Below are positions 26,901-37,500 of a DNA stretch of 64,000 nt, one piece after another; the stretch's first letter is position 1, and the number at the start of each line of letters is the position of its first letter. Both the position numbers and the translations under genes were made by a program. The DNA comes from a virus. Its lineage: Duplodnaviria > Caudoviricetes. The DNA lies in the IMG/VR virus record IMGVR_UViG_3300049846_001081; one strand, written 5' to 3'. Under the pieces are notes generated by a model. That model was given only the letters and a program-made list of their open reading frames with translations. It had not been told where the DNA came from and did not search any database.

Positions 26901-29900
26901 ATACAATAACAATTCCAAATCATTTCTTTGTTACTGGTGAAAGAGTAGTTTATTCGCACGCAGGTGCGGGAACAACACAAGCGATTGGAATTGCATCTAC
27001 TGATTTTGGTGTTGGTATAGGGACCACAAATAGAGTTCCATCATCAGTATACATCGTAAAAGTAAGTGAAAACACAGTTAAATTAGCAAGAAACGCTGAA
27101 GATGCATTAAAACCATCTCCCGTTGTTTTAGATTTCACATCTGTTGGAATAGGAACATCACATACATTTACATCAATTAACCAAAATTCAAAAGTTATTA
27201 TTGCAATTGACAATATTATTCAGTCTCCGATAGTTTCCACCGCTCAATCAACAACTTTATCATCAAATGTATTCACCACAGATGATACAATATTTGTAAG
27301 TGGTATAACATCTTTCTTTGGTGGAGATTTAATCAAAATCAATAATGAGATTATGAGAGTAGATGGCGTAGGAATTGGTAGTACAAATTCAATGAGAGTT
27401 CGTAGACCTTGGATGGGAACAAACGTTTCTACACATTCTGTTGGGGACGTAGTAATAAAAGTCGTTGGTAACTACAATATCGTTGATAACACATTAAATT
27501 TTGTTGATGCCCCATATGGAAATATTCCACTTTCCACATCTACAAATCCACCAGATGAAAGAGATTGGGTAGGGATATCAACAAGCTCAACTTTCCAGGG
27601 AAGATCTTTCATGAGATCTGGAATACCAGCAAGTTCAAATGAAACATATCATAAAAATTATATTTTTGATGATATCTCAAATCAATTTACTGGAACAAAC
27701 AAAAAATTCAATTTAAAATCAAATGGCGTAAATGTAACAGGAATTTCCTCCGAAAATGCAATCATATTGATAAATGATATTTTCCAAGGTCCAGGTCTCA
27801 CTAATGATTATTATTTGACAGAATCTGTAGGAATAACCACCCTCAATTTTACGGGAACGGCAACATCTATCTCCAATGATATTAATACTGCATCTATCCC
27901 AGCTGGTGGAATAATAGTATCCGTAGGATCAACTGAGGGATTTGGATATCAACCTTTAATATCAGCAGGTGGAACTGCTATAGTTTCTGGACTTGGAACT
28001 ATTTCTTCAATTAGTATTGGAAACAGTGGATCTGGATATAGAGTTGGAGTTCAAACCGTAAAGGTTGGTGTAGCAACATCAACAACTGGTACTCCATCAA
28101 TTCATTTTGTTGGAACTGCAATTGTAAGTAATGGTAATGTTGTCAGTATTGCGATTACAAATCCAGGGACAGGTTATACTTCAACAAATCCACCATACGT
28201 AGTTATTGATGACCCACTTTCATATTCCAATCTTCCTTTAATTTATAGTTCAAGTTCTTCCTTGGGTATAGGAACTCAAGCATCAGTTGATATAGTTGTT
28301 GGCCAAGGATCTAGTGTAATTGATTTTGAAATTAGAAATCTTGGATATAGCTATAAGTCAGGTGAAATATTAACCGTTTCAATTGGTGGGACAGTAGGTA
28401 TCCCAACAGATCCAACAAAATCATTTAAAGAGTTCCAAATTTCTATTCAAAGTACAGTTACAGATGAATTTACTGGGTGGTCAATAGGTGAACTTCAGGT
28501 TTTAGATAATATTGAAGATTTATTTGATGGATCTAGATTTACTTTCCCACTAAGAGTCGGTGGATCTTTAGTATCCATTAGGTCTGCTAAAGGATCAAAT
28601 ATTAATGTTCAAGATAATCTTTTAGTATTTTTAAATGATGTTCTCCAGGTTCCAGGACTTGGATATCAATTTACTGGTGGAAGTATAATCACTTTTAGTG
28701 AACCACCAAAATCTGGTGATACTTGCAAGATTATTTTCTATAAAGGAAGCGGATCCATTGATGTTATTGAGAGAAACATTTTAGAAACTGTTAAAATTGG
28801 TGATGATTTAACAATTGGATATGACTCTTCCTTGGGACAAACAGAACTTTTGCAGGAAACTGAAAGGGTTGTTAGTTCTATTGAATCAACAGATCTAGTT
28901 GAAACATTACCATATTATGGACCAGGTTTATCCAATGATTCAAATTTATTAAGACCCGTAACATGGTGTAGACAAACAGAAGACAGAATTATCAATGAAA
29001 AAGAGGTAGGAAAGGATAGAGAGTTATATGAAGCTTCAATATATCCTTCATCATATCTCATCAATTCTATTGGTATTGGATCAACATTCGTATTTGTAGA
29101 TTCTATTAGACCATTCTTTAATCCAATAAATGAAAATGATATATCTTTAAATTTCCAAAAAGATATTGTTATAGTATCACAAGATATAAGAGTATCTGCT
29201 TCCGCAACTGCTATTGTTTCTGGATTGGGCACAGTTTCTTCTGTCGTAATTTCTGATGGAGGAGTTGGATATACTACAGCTACTGTAAGTTTTGGTTCTA
29301 CTACAGGAGTTGGTGGAACATCACAAGCTTTTGGTTCCGTGATTATTGGTGTCGGAGGAAGTGTTACTGGAATAGCAATTACGTCTCCAGGATTTGGATA
29401 TACTTCAGCAAATCCACCACAAGTATTGATTTCTCCACCATCCTTTATTTTGGAAGAAAATACGGTAAATGTTTATGAAGGTGACTTTGGTATTATAACA
29501 GGAATTTCCACAACAACAATTGGTGTGGCTTCTACTGGAATTGTGTTTGATTTCCTAATTCCTCAAGATTCTCCTTTAAGAAATTCATCAATTACTGGGT
29601 TTACATCAATCAGTGGAATCAATACTGGATATTACTTTGTTGTTCACAATTCAAATGTTGGAAATGGTGTTACTTCTTTAGACTCAAGTGGATCAGTAAT
29701 TGGAATAGGAACCACATTCTTAGATAATGTATATCAAGCGGTTTCTGTATCTATAGCACAAACCTCTACCCCAGGTCTTGGTGTTACTTATGTTGCTAAA
29801 GTAACTGTGAGCCTGTCTTCATATAATAATCTTTCTGGAATTGGATTTAGTAATTTCTATGGTGAATTTAGTTGGGGAAGAATTTCTTTGGGTCCAAGAA

Positions 29901-30007
29901 AAGAGTCTAATGCTTATACTGCATATACTACAAATGGTTATGTTGGAATATCTACAGGAACTATTTTAAGGAGAAAAACTCCATTAAAATATCTCAATTA
30001 CACTTAA
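17981..30007 (+). CDS. gp7: Giant baseplate wedge initiator (gp7-like), 4008 aa
   Basis: gp6-gp7-gp8 synteny; YQSKGTDESFKILFKVLYG motif; G/S/T-rich beta repeats. Confidence 0.8.
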   Translation: MTEKRVQFSNIVNNQLPLYVREEFPLISEFLSQYYISQEFKSAPVDLIQNIDKYVKVDEITNRTDSVILGANISDIDTTITVNVGTNPEGTTNFPDSYGLIQIDNEIITYTSKTFNSFRGCIRGFSGISSYVSESTPDQLTFKSTESSNHNKGATILNLSSLFLKEFLTKIKYQLSPGFENRSLYSGIKESIFLKQIKDFYQSKGTDESFKILFKVLYGEEVKIVKPKENLFRPSDAQFRLTNDLIVESISGNPETLLNQTLYQDQYGSIQYARSPIAYVEKIISGVGNTYYKLSLDAGYDRDVITEGTTIGRFTVHPQTKIVGPVSVGVTVFDVDSTVGFPNSGELLVQYGDETTGIVSYTSKSLNQFFGCSGVSKTIFDTAPVGINTYAHAYSSVDGSLVSLRITSVLNSVTIPDNTRYYYKNDTSIIRTLGVNAKDISSKNWFFNVPISYKVKTITLRGTGDTYDITTEKENIFKIGDKVEIISRSGSKVTSSIFDLVSEKTFSIKGQGNITLSEIYIVKKVILKTKSTFFPNVSTVNSNVQNSYKLDEKTLIASPSLPNYLDQSLSTTDRSITFGGTFSGTVFTITPNFDHGFYTGDCVYYTPQKSSRDNVLSSIFDEGIYFIKRIDSNRVSFAKSRSNIFNNIFVSVSSSTTVLNNKIDFFDYKSKTLNSQKLLREISPPVDNGDIHKTEPGFTGILVNGVEILNYKANESIYYGKIESINVNSSVTNCDVINPPILNITDTVGTGATGFCAVRGSLQEIRIIDPGFDYVDTPIVKITGGNGTGAKAYANMKLIEHESVFNSEVNSALISLGASSSTIGFSTYHKFRNGERVIYKTDSQKGVGGLSTDSSYFVSVVNNYTVKLHKTLSDVVAGINTVVLSSYGTGNHKLKSYYQKSVVGSINIENSGSNYENKKRTTTHIGINTALSQIEIKNHDYQSGDTVIYTTDFTPISGLTTNTEYFVTKITDDAFRLSPVGLGSTNRDFYYKTNQYAKLNSVGLGTHVFNYPEIKVELIGNIGISSIGTTTFKANVQPIFRGEITSVHLTSGGVGYGSSDIINFYRQPLFELKTGKSAELTPVVSYDGKITEVLVNNTGSEYNSPPTLIIDGDGIGAVLTPVISNGKIIDVKVIDGGIGYNPGSTSITVIPSGSVAEFSANIQSWTINLFKKYFSTITSDDGFVVKGLSDSFGLQYSHLYAPRKLREILQPSDQNGNKVYGKTDLVKINNIESNSTSHSPIIGWAYDGNPIYGPYGYITKTGGIISQIKSGYVLEEKNNRPSKNSYDLGFFVEDYTYYEKNDDTILDENNGRFCVTPEFPNGTYAYFATFESFADSSGKFVNYKQPQFPYLIGNNFKSRPIDFNFLKNSNQDNLDLNQTSWSRNTYFYNLINDDSSYSYLTIPNELNQTLDVKYASPGSVDSIGIETGGQNYQINDTVIFDNADTQGYGISAKVSRISGKSVSFVSVATSTISSVEIYPSENKGEYIIFAENPHNFKNNDIVSVSGLSTTSSLIEGSYKVGISTNILTVSGVGTTSGTVTTGIASVGVTGIVTYINVFGNIRYPNIKENDILEIGSENVKVLNVDNLNSRIRVIRAYNGTSGTAHTSSTQIKEKSRKLIINAGYRTSYDYKINKQFYFNPIDSVGLGTLSGVGIGTTINFTNPGAGLTQIFIPTKSIYIQKHGLETGDLVTYSNNGGSSLVVSFTGIGTTSLSDQSSLYVAKISDDIIGLATVRVGLGSTGTFVGIASTQRSSTTLYFVGLGSGVYHSLKTNFDVITGAIERNLVTVSCSSTHGLNSNDVVYVDVNPSISTSFAVKYDDYNRKVLVNTRTFISGNVNTSANTITLINHNLSTGQKVLHTSDSPSGGLQNQKEYFVVKVDKNTIKLANTFYDATLRKPNIVNITSSSFGTISPINPHISLYKDSVVTFDLSDASLSYTIQSQKYPAFILDFYTDKNFTQVFDSTKEKNTFEVQKYGVVGVTSDARVVLTVNKDIPQNLYYKLTPVYDSNNNLPDIKKQISIDYDVQSNNQISVLLSKYNGKQTIISSSSTSFTYTLPETPEESSYTNPTSIINYTTDSINAYGPISEIEITNSGKNYYSLPGISTIKTKIGYGGILNVSSQSIGKIRKTKINDIGFDFPSDFTLRPSAILTQIIKIEPLSSLKSVGITSFGRGYSIAPKLIVIDGKTNKLVPEIDLNYTLGKNQVEIRKNAYSLSNVTPIILPTQNSNGVGIGSIKYNSSSKEVTVTLAVGFSTADSFPFKVNDRVMIENISVGVGSTGIGYNSENYNYKLFPITSVTENRGGIGSVTYSLNGLLTGSQIPGIYDAVNSSGRIIPEKYFPVFDVQLQKNNYLSGETVKSKSATGYVDGWDPLSNQLRVVSKENFIKGEVVEGTISKTQGIANILDYNEIFFNLNSSSIIDNGWQVNAGFLNANSERIQDSDFYQNFSYSIKSSVAYEDWNDAVSTLNHTTGFKKFAELQVETKNSNSMSVGLSTNQTYLEVIADLTGFANLNCVSDFDLVKENFLSGSGRSFSNEITFSNRVLTDYFESIGNRVLSIDDLRPEFNSNPRATRFSEVHRFLLTDARAQKYITYVVDRRYVGQRQLMLVTLIQSGGTGYLNQYARLESSYDLGSFDFNVDGVEGVLTFNPTNYSVNDYNITTLSYNLKDSMLGIGTSYFGDLATVKTTSNFVSSGSTTIVGMGTTFNSAKVLVEITASNGQYEFDELNIVHDGTNIELLEYGQITNHSADVLSSSGLGTYYPYISGSNVMVDFYPNTGIAVTVNTFQTLLGGSSSGIGTYDMKHARLQGISTSISSSGSPIATPIIEYPGDYDCSYALVQIADTTNNRYQLSEIVVLDDQTDSSTGEVYIVEFGTIETYAGLGTFGAVKNGSTTQITFTPLPSIDIRVSAFFNALRYQDDAKDIVSFNNGSIETNDGTYFGTDRDVRRAFDLRHKGNEIFRRDFDGSSSTIIDILNNTITIPNHFFVTGERVVYSHAGAGTTQAIGIASTDFGVGIGTTNRVPSSVYIVKVSENTVKLARNAEDALKPSPVVLDFTSVGIGTSHTFTSINQNSKVIIAIDNIIQSPIVSTAQSTTLSSNVFTTDDTIFVSGITSFFGGDLIKINNEIMRVDGVGIGSTNSMRVRRPWMGTNVSTHSVGDVVIKVVGNYNIVDNTLNFVDAPYGNIPLSTSTNPPDERDWVGISTSSTFQGRSFMRSGIPASSNETYHKNYIFDDISNQFTGTNKKFNLKSNGVNVTGISSENAIILINDIFQGPGLTNDYYLTESVGITTLNFTGTATSISNDINTASIPAGGIIVSVGSTEGFGYQPLISAGGTAIVSGLGTISSISIGNSGSGYRVGVQTVKVGVATSTTGTPSIHFVGTAIVSNGNVVSIAITNPGTGYTSTNPPYVVIDDPLSYSNLPLIYSSSSSLGIGTQASVDIVVGQGSSVIDFEIRNLGYSYKSGEILTVSIGGTVGIPTDPTKSFKEFQISIQSTVTDEFTGWSIGELQVLDNIEDLFDGSRFTFPLRVGGSLVSIRSAKGSNINVQDNLLVFLNDVLQVPGLGYQFTGGSIITFSEPPKSGDTCKIIFYKGSGSIDVIERNILETVKIGDDLTIGYDSSLGQTELLQETERVVSSIESTDLVETLPYYGPGLSNDSNLLRPVTWCRQTEDRIINEKEVGKDRELYEASIYPSSYLINSIGIGSTFVFVDSIRPFFNPINENDISLNFQKDIVIVSQDIRVSASATAIVSGLGTVSSVVISDGGVGYTTATVSFGSTTGVGGTSQAFGSVIIGVGGSVTGIAITSPGFGYTSANPPQVLISPPSFILEENTVNVYEGDFGIITGISTTTIGVASTGIVFDFLIPQDSPLRNSSITGFTSISGINTGYYFVVHNSNVGNGVTSLDSSGSVIGIGTTFLDNVYQAVSVSIAQTSTPGLGVTYVAKVTVSLSSYNNLSGIGFSNFYGEFSWGRISLGPRKESNAYTAYTTNGYVGISTGTILRRKTPLKYLNYT

Positions 30008-30031
30008 TAAATAGATAAAAAACTCCATCAA

Positions 30032-31582
30032 ATGTCTGCAATTATAACTGACCAGATTAGAATATTGAATGCTAAAAATTTTGTTAATGAAGTTAGTTCT
30101 GCAACAAATTCTTATTATTCTTTTATAGGACTTCCAAATTCTAATGAAATACAAACTAATTGGGATATAAGTCCACCCTCTCCCAAAGATTCTTTTGATG
30201 AAGAGAATAGTTATTGGGATACCATGATTGCATTAAAAAAAATTAATGCATCCGATGTAAGACAGGTTGTTCAAAAAAGATTTTGGTCTTCTGGAACAAC
30301 TTATGACATGTATCGTCATGATTATAGCAGATCAAATACGGCTAAAGTTTCTGGAGCAACAAATTTATATTCAGCAACATATTATGTTATTAATAGCGAC
30401 TATAGAGTTTATATCTGTTTACAAAATGGAACAACACCAGATACTCCAAATGGAAAACCATCTTTAGATGAACCAACATTTACTGATCTGGAACCAAGAT
30501 CAGCTGGATCTAGTGGCGATGGTTATTTGTGGAAATATTTGTATACAATAAAACCATCAGAAGCAACTAAATTTGAAACTGCAGATTTTATTCCAGTTCC
30601 TCAAAATTGGAGCACTTCTTCAGATAATTCTGCAGTTAGAAATAATGCGGTGGATGGATCTATAAAAGTTGTAACTATAACTAATCGTGGTGTTGGAGTT
30701 GGAACTGCAAATAGAACATATACCCGAGTTCCAATTCGTGGAGATGGCACTGGGGCAGAATGCACAATAGTAATTAATAACGATCAAAAGGTAGAATCTG
30801 TAACTATTTCAAGTCAAGGTTCAGGTTATACTTATGGTAATGTTGATTTAGTTGAGGGAAATGTTCCAACTGGAACAACTAGACCAACTTTTGATGTCAT
30901 TATTCCACCAAAAGGTGGACATGGGGCAGACATATATCGCGAACTTGGTGCCTATAATGTTCTTTTATATTCTAGAATTGAAAATGATAACCAAAATCCA
31001 GATTTTATAACAGGAAACCAAATTGCAAGAGTAGGAATTGTTGAAAATCCAAAGGTAAGTTCTGGATCTTTGTTAACTTCCGATAAAGCAAGTGCTGTTT
31101 ATGCATTGAAATTGACAGGTGCTGGTTACAGTTCAGCAACATTTACCTCTGATTCATATTTTACACAAACAGTATCTACTGGAACTACAGCAGTTGGTAG
31201 AGTTGTTAGTTATGATCAAACTACAGGGGTTCTTAAATATTGGCAGGATCGCTCTCTTGCTGGATTCACAACGGTTGGTGTGGCAATAACAAATCCTACT
31301 TATGGATTTGATTTAGTTGAGTTTACTAGTTCTCCATCTACTGGGGGAAGTTTAACAATTATTCCATCAAGTGGTTCAAATCTAACGATAGATTCTGCCT
31401 TCACGGGTATATCCACAGTGATAAATAGTAGGACATACTATCTTGGTCAGGAATTTACATCTGGTGTTTCTTCTCCTGAAGTTAAAAAATATTCAGGAAA
31501 TATAATTTATGTGGATAATCGTCCTTCTATAACTAGATCATCAAACCAAAAAGAAGATATTAAAGTCATTTTGCAGTTCTAA
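30032..31582 (+). CDS. gp8: Baseplate wedge subunit gp8
   Basis: WSSGTTYDMY..DYRVYICLQNG..DGYLWKYLYTI; C-terminal EDIKVILQF. Confidence 0.92.
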   Translation: MSAIITDQIRILNAKNFVNEVSSATNSYYSFIGLPNSNEIQTNWDISPPSPKDSFDEENSYWDTMIALKKINASDVRQVVQKRFWSSGTTYDMYRHDYSRSNTAKVSGATNLYSATYYVINSDYRVYICLQNGTTPDTPNGKPSLDEPTFTDLEPRSAGSSGDGYLWKYLYTIKPSEATKFETADFIPVPQNWSTSSDNSAVRNNAVDGSIKVVTITNRGVGVGTANRTYTRVPIRGDGTGAECTIVINNDQKVESVTISSQGSGYTYGNVDLVEGNVPTGTTRPTFDVIIPPKGGHGADIYRELGAYNVLLYSRIENDNQNPDFITGNQIARVGIVENPKVSSGSLLTSDKASAVYALKLTGAGYSSATFTSDSYFTQTVSTGTTAVGRVVSYDQTTGVLKYWQDRSLAGFTTVGVAITNPTYGFDLVEFTSSPSTGGSLTIIPSSGSNLTIDSAFTGISTVINSRTYYLGQEFTSGVSSPEVKKYSGNIIYVDNRPSITRSSNQKEDIKVILQF

Positions 31583-31588
31583 AGAATT

Positions 31589-34500
31589 ATGTCTCAGGCA
31601 ACTAATCTCAACGTATCTCCGTATTTTGACGATTTTAACGCAGATAATGACTATTATAGAGTTCTTTTCAAACCAGGTTATCCAGTTCAAGCTAGAGAAC
31701 TGACAACTTTACAGTCAATATTACAAAATCAAATTGAAAAATTTGGTCAACATTTTTTTAAAGAAGGCGCTAAAGTTATACCAGGCAACACAGGATATAC
31801 GAGACTATATTATGCAGTAGAACTTCAAAATACTTATCTTGGAGTTCCAGTATCTGCTTACGCCGATCAATTAGTTGGCACAAAAATTACAGGACAATCT
31901 TCTGGAGTAACTGCAGTAGTTGATAAAATTTTGTTACCATCCGATTCGGAAAGAGGAAACTTAACTCTTTATATCAATTACTTAGCATCCAATACACAAA
32001 ATAATACAACACAACAATTTTCTGATGGTGAACTTTTGACTTGTAGTACACAGATTGTATCTGGACTTCTTGGTAATTCACTAATATCAGTAGGACAACC
32101 TTTTGCGTCAACCATTTCTCAAAATGCAAACTCAATAGGATCTGCATTTTCAATTACAAATGGCGTTTACTTTATAAGAGGGCAATTTGTAAACGTAAAC
32201 ACGGAAACATTAATTTTAGATCAATATACAAATAGACCCAACTATAGAGTTGGGTTGTTTATATCTGAAGAAATAGTAACTTCAGATATGGATGAAGCGT
32301 TAAATGATAACTCTCAGGGATTTAATAACTACTCTGCACCTGGAGCAGATAGATTAAAGATTACAGCCTCTTTATTTAAAAAATCATTAAATGATTTTGA
32401 CGATGGAAACTTCATTGAGTTAGCAACTATAACTGATGGCACGATAAGAACTCAACAAACATCATCAACATACAGTGCAATTGCTGATGAATTAGCCAGA
32501 AGAACTTATGCGGAATCTGGTGATTATTATGTAACTGCTTTTGATGCTACCTTAAAGGAGTCATTAAACAATAATTTGGGAAATAACGGATTATTTAATT
32601 CGGGACAATTCACATATGGTGGTTCAACACCATCGGATGATTTAGCGGTTTATCAAATTTCTCCAGGAAAAGCTTTTGTCAGGGGATATGAATGCGAAAC
32701 AATAAGTCCAACATTTTTAGATTGTCCAAAACCAAGAACGACAAAAACACTTGAAAATATATCTTTAAATTATAACACAGGACCAACTTTAAAGTTAAAT
32801 AGAGTTTATGGTTCTCCAAAAATAGGTATCGGAAATACTTATATTTTAAGTCTTCGCGATTCTAGAGTTGGTTCAAGTCAGACAATATCATCAGGGAAAG
32901 AAATAGGTGTTGCTAGAGTTTATGACTTTAGATTGGAGTCTGGATCATATGATACTTCAAATTCTAATTTAAATCAGTGGGATATTTCATTATATGATCT
33001 ACAAACCATTACAGAAATTACTTTAAACGAACCAATCACTCTTTCAGTTCCAACTTTTATTAAAGGAAAAAATAGTGGGGCAACAGCTTTCGTAAAAGAT
33101 GCAGTTGTAGCGGGAACGGCAGTTACTGTATACGAAAAAACTGGAGACTTTTTATTAAATGAATCATTTGTTATTGATGGTATAGAAAATTCTAGAGTAG
33201 CAATTGCTATTACCTCCTATGGAATTTCTGATATAAAATCTGTATATGGTATTGTCGGATCTGCATCAACTTTTTCTGCGGATGTAGTTCAATCCACTGG
33301 ATTTAACGTTGGTATTGCTACAATTAGTGTTTCTTCTGGTGGGGTTAGTACTGTAACAAGTCCAAATAATTTATTTCCAGGAAAAATTGTTAGAGTTGGT
33401 AATTTAGTTCAATATAGTGATCCAATATCTAGAGATCCAGTTATTGCAAAAGTTGTTGGGGCAGGAAATACTACAATTTCAATTACTGGAGTTACTGGGG
33501 TAAGTGGTATTGCATCCGGATTACTTCCATCTTCATCAGTATTATCAGTTACTGATTTTAAAATCCTAACGACAAATTTGGAAACATCAACTGATAATAC
33601 TTTATATACAAGACTTCCTAAAATTAATGTTTCTAATGTGGATTTGACAAACGCAAATCTTGGAATTAGAACAGTTTTTACTGTTAACATATCTGGTAAT
33701 CAAACGACAACAGTTGTTGCTGGTGCAAATGAGACATTTTTACCATTTGATGAAGAAAGATATTCACTTATAACTTCAAATGGACAGACAGAAGTTTTAA
33801 CATCAGATAAAATTCAAATTGACTCCACAGGAACTCAATTAGCAATATATAATCTTTCAACATCTTCCGACACTGGTGCAACTTTAATTGCAACAACTAA
33901 GAAAATCAAACCAAAATTCAAAGTAAAACTAAAGAACAGAGTAAATTCTATTACTGTAGATAAGTCAAAATATGATTATTCTGGTATAGGATCAACAACT
34001 TTGAATGATGGATTATCTTATGGAAATTATCCATTTGGAACTCGCGTTCAAGACGAAATCATTTCACTTAATACGTCAGATATTATAGAAATTCATGGTA
34101 TTTTTGAATCATCAAATGGAACTGATGTCTCTTCTCCAACTATTGAGCTTTCGTCCATAAATGGACCAACAGCAACTACTTCAGATTTAGCAATTGGAGA
34201 AAAAATAATAGGACAAACCAGTGGAGCCATTGCAATTATAGCAGAAAAAATTAATGATACTAAAGTTGCTTTCATCTATAAAAATCAAAAACTCTTTAAA
34301 GAGGGAGAAGTTTTAAGATCGGATGAATCTCAAATTCAAGCAATAGTACAAACTATTAATTCTCCAAGTTTTGATATCTCTCCCAATTTTACATTTACTA
34401 ATGGTCAAGAATCAACTTTCTATGATTATGGAACTATTAGAAGAAAAACAGGACTACAAGAACCAACTAAAAAGTTAAAAATATATTTTTCAAATGGTTA

Positions 34501-37500
34501 CTACGAATCAAATGATGATGGAGACATAACAACTGTAAATTCTTACAATACTTTTGATTATGTTTCAGAAATTCCAACTGTAAATGGTGTAAGAGTAACT
34601 AACATAATTGATATTCGTCCAAAAACTTCATCTTATAACGTCAGTGAAAATTCACGTTCTCCTTTAGAATTTTATGGAAGAACTTTTAATGAATCTGGCA
34701 ATTCTTCCAAGAGTATTTTAGCCTCGGATGAATCTATTTTAACTTCTTTCTCCTTCTATCTGGGAAGAATTGATAGAATTTACTTGACAAAAGATGGAAA
34801 GTTCCAGGTTAAATATGGTGTTCCTGCAGAAAGACCAGAAAAACCAGTTTCTGTTGATGATGCATTAGAGATTGCAACAATAAACTTACCAGCATACTTG
34901 TATAATACGTCTCAAGCTTCCATTCAATTCTTGGATCACAAGAGATATAGAATGGTTGATATTAAAAAACTTGAAAATAGAATTAAAAATCTTGAATATC
35001 ACACAGCACTTTCTTTATTGGAGATTAATACTGCAAATCTTTTTGTTCCAGATGGTGATGGTTTAAATAGATTTAAATCTGGATTCTTTGTTGACAACTT
35101 TACCTCTTTATTAGCACAAGAAAGTTCTATATTATATAAAAATAGTATTGATATAACCAATAAAGAATTAAGACCAAGACATTATACAAATTCTGTTGAT
35201 TTAATCTCTGGACCTGTCACTGGTGTCGATCCAACAGAAGATCTTGCATTTACTCCAATTGAAGGCGTTAATGTCAGAAAATCAAAAGATATTGTAACCC
35301 TAGATTATGCCGAAGTTGAATGGTTAAAGCAATCTTTTGCAACTAGATCCGAAAGCGTAACCCCATTTTTAATTAGTTTCTGGCAAGGAACTCTAGAGCT
35401 TACTCCAGCTACAGATACTTGGGTTGATACTGTAAGATTGGAAGCAAAAATCATACAGGCAGAGGGAAATTACGCAGAGACATTAGCAAATGCAGTTAAA
35501 ACATTAAATGTTGATCCACAAACTGGATTTGCACCTGTTGTTTGGAATGCTTGGGAAACTAATTGGACCGGACAAGAAATTATTGATACTACAAGACAAA
35601 GAACACAAACTGATAGATGGACTTCTTGGGGTGGAAGACAAATTTGGGAGACTACACAAAATACAGTTCTCTTAGAAAATCTGAGAGAAGTTAGGGATAC
35701 TGGTGTTACCTCAAGAACTGGCACAAGAACTATCGTAACAGAACAATTTGATAACACTTCTGTTGGGGATAGAGTTGTAAGTAGAAATCTTGTCCCATAT
35801 ATGAGATCTAGAAACGTTCAATTTGTTTCTAAAAAATTAAAACCATTAACTCAAATTTATGCATTTTTTGATGGTGTAGATGTAACAAGATATTGTGTTC
35901 CAAAATTATTAGAAATTTCAATGATTTCTGGTGTGTTTGAAGTTGGCGAAAAAGTTATTGGAACAATTCAATCCACTGGATTAAATCTAAACATAGGGCA
36001 AGATGTCCCTAGAATTTCATTCAGAGTATCCCAATCAAATCATAGAGAGGGACCATATAATGCAGCAACTGTAACATATCCAAATAATCCATATACAGGT
36101 CAAACCCTACAACCAACTTATTCTTCAACCTCAAATATTTTAAATGTTGATACATTCTCCTTGTCAAATCAACCTCAGGGAGAATACAGTGGATGGGTAG
36201 AATCTGGGATGATATTAATTGGTGAAACAAGTGGAGCTCAGGCTACAATCACTAATGTACGATTGGTTTCTGATTTATCAGCAACTTTAATTGGAAGTTT
36301 TTACATTCCAAATCCAAATTCAACTAATCATCCAAAATTTGAAGCTGGAACAAAAACTTTAACATTAGTTAATGATATTGCAAATGATCAGAATGCAGCT
36401 ACAACTATAGCAGAAGAAGGATTTATTTCCAGTGGAACTATAGAGACAGTTCAAGAAAATATTATTTCGGTGAGAAATGCTAGAATTCAAAACAAACAAG
36501 AGTTTGAAGAGAGGGCAGTTTCTAGAACCACTGGAACTCAAGTTGTAAGTAGCACTATTCTATCACAAAGTAGTTCTTCAACACTTATTGGATGGTATGA
36601 TCCGTTAGCACAATCCTTCTTAGTTGAAGATGAAACGGGGGTTTTCTTGACCAAGTGTGAGGTCTTCTTTAGATCTAAAGATGATATGGATATTCCTGTA
36701 ACGTTCCAATTGAGAACGATGCAGAATGGATTCCCAACTCAGAGAATATTACCATTCTCAGAAATTACTTTAGATCCAGGAGATGTGCAGACATCTGCAG
36801 ATGGATCTGTTGCAACTACTTTCAATTTTGATTCTCCTGTTTATTTGGAGGGAGGAAAAGAATATTGTATATGTCTTGCATCAAATTCAACAAAATATAG
36901 TGTTTATGTTTCAAGAATTGGTGAAAATGACCTATTAACTCAAACCTTTATTTCAAATCAACCATACCTTGGATCTCTATTCAAGTCTCAAAATGCATCA
37001 ACTTGGGAAGCAAGTCAGTGGGAAGATCTTAAATTTACTCTTTATAGAGCTGACTTCTTAACTTCGGGAACTGTTGATTTCTATAGTCCAGAACTAACTG
37101 AAGGAAACAAACAAATTCCAACACTAATGCCAAATTCAATCAATCTTATTTCTAATAAGATTAGAGTTGGATTGGGATCAACCGTTCAAGATTCAGGATT
37201 AACTTTAGGCAATACAGTAATTCAACAAGGAACAAATGCAACGGCAAATTATGTTGGAGCCGCTGGAAGTGCATCTGGCACACTGACATTAATTAATTCT
37301 GGAATAGGATATACACCTTCAAGTGGTGGATTATCAATTAATGGTATTAACTTAGTTACAATCACCGGAAGTGGAAAAAATGCAACCGCAAATATAACAG
37401 TCTCTAATGGAGTTGCTGTCGCAGCTACTATTACAAACGGTGGATATGGATATCAAATTGGAGACGTTGTTGGAATAAGTACATTTGGATCTGTTTCTGT

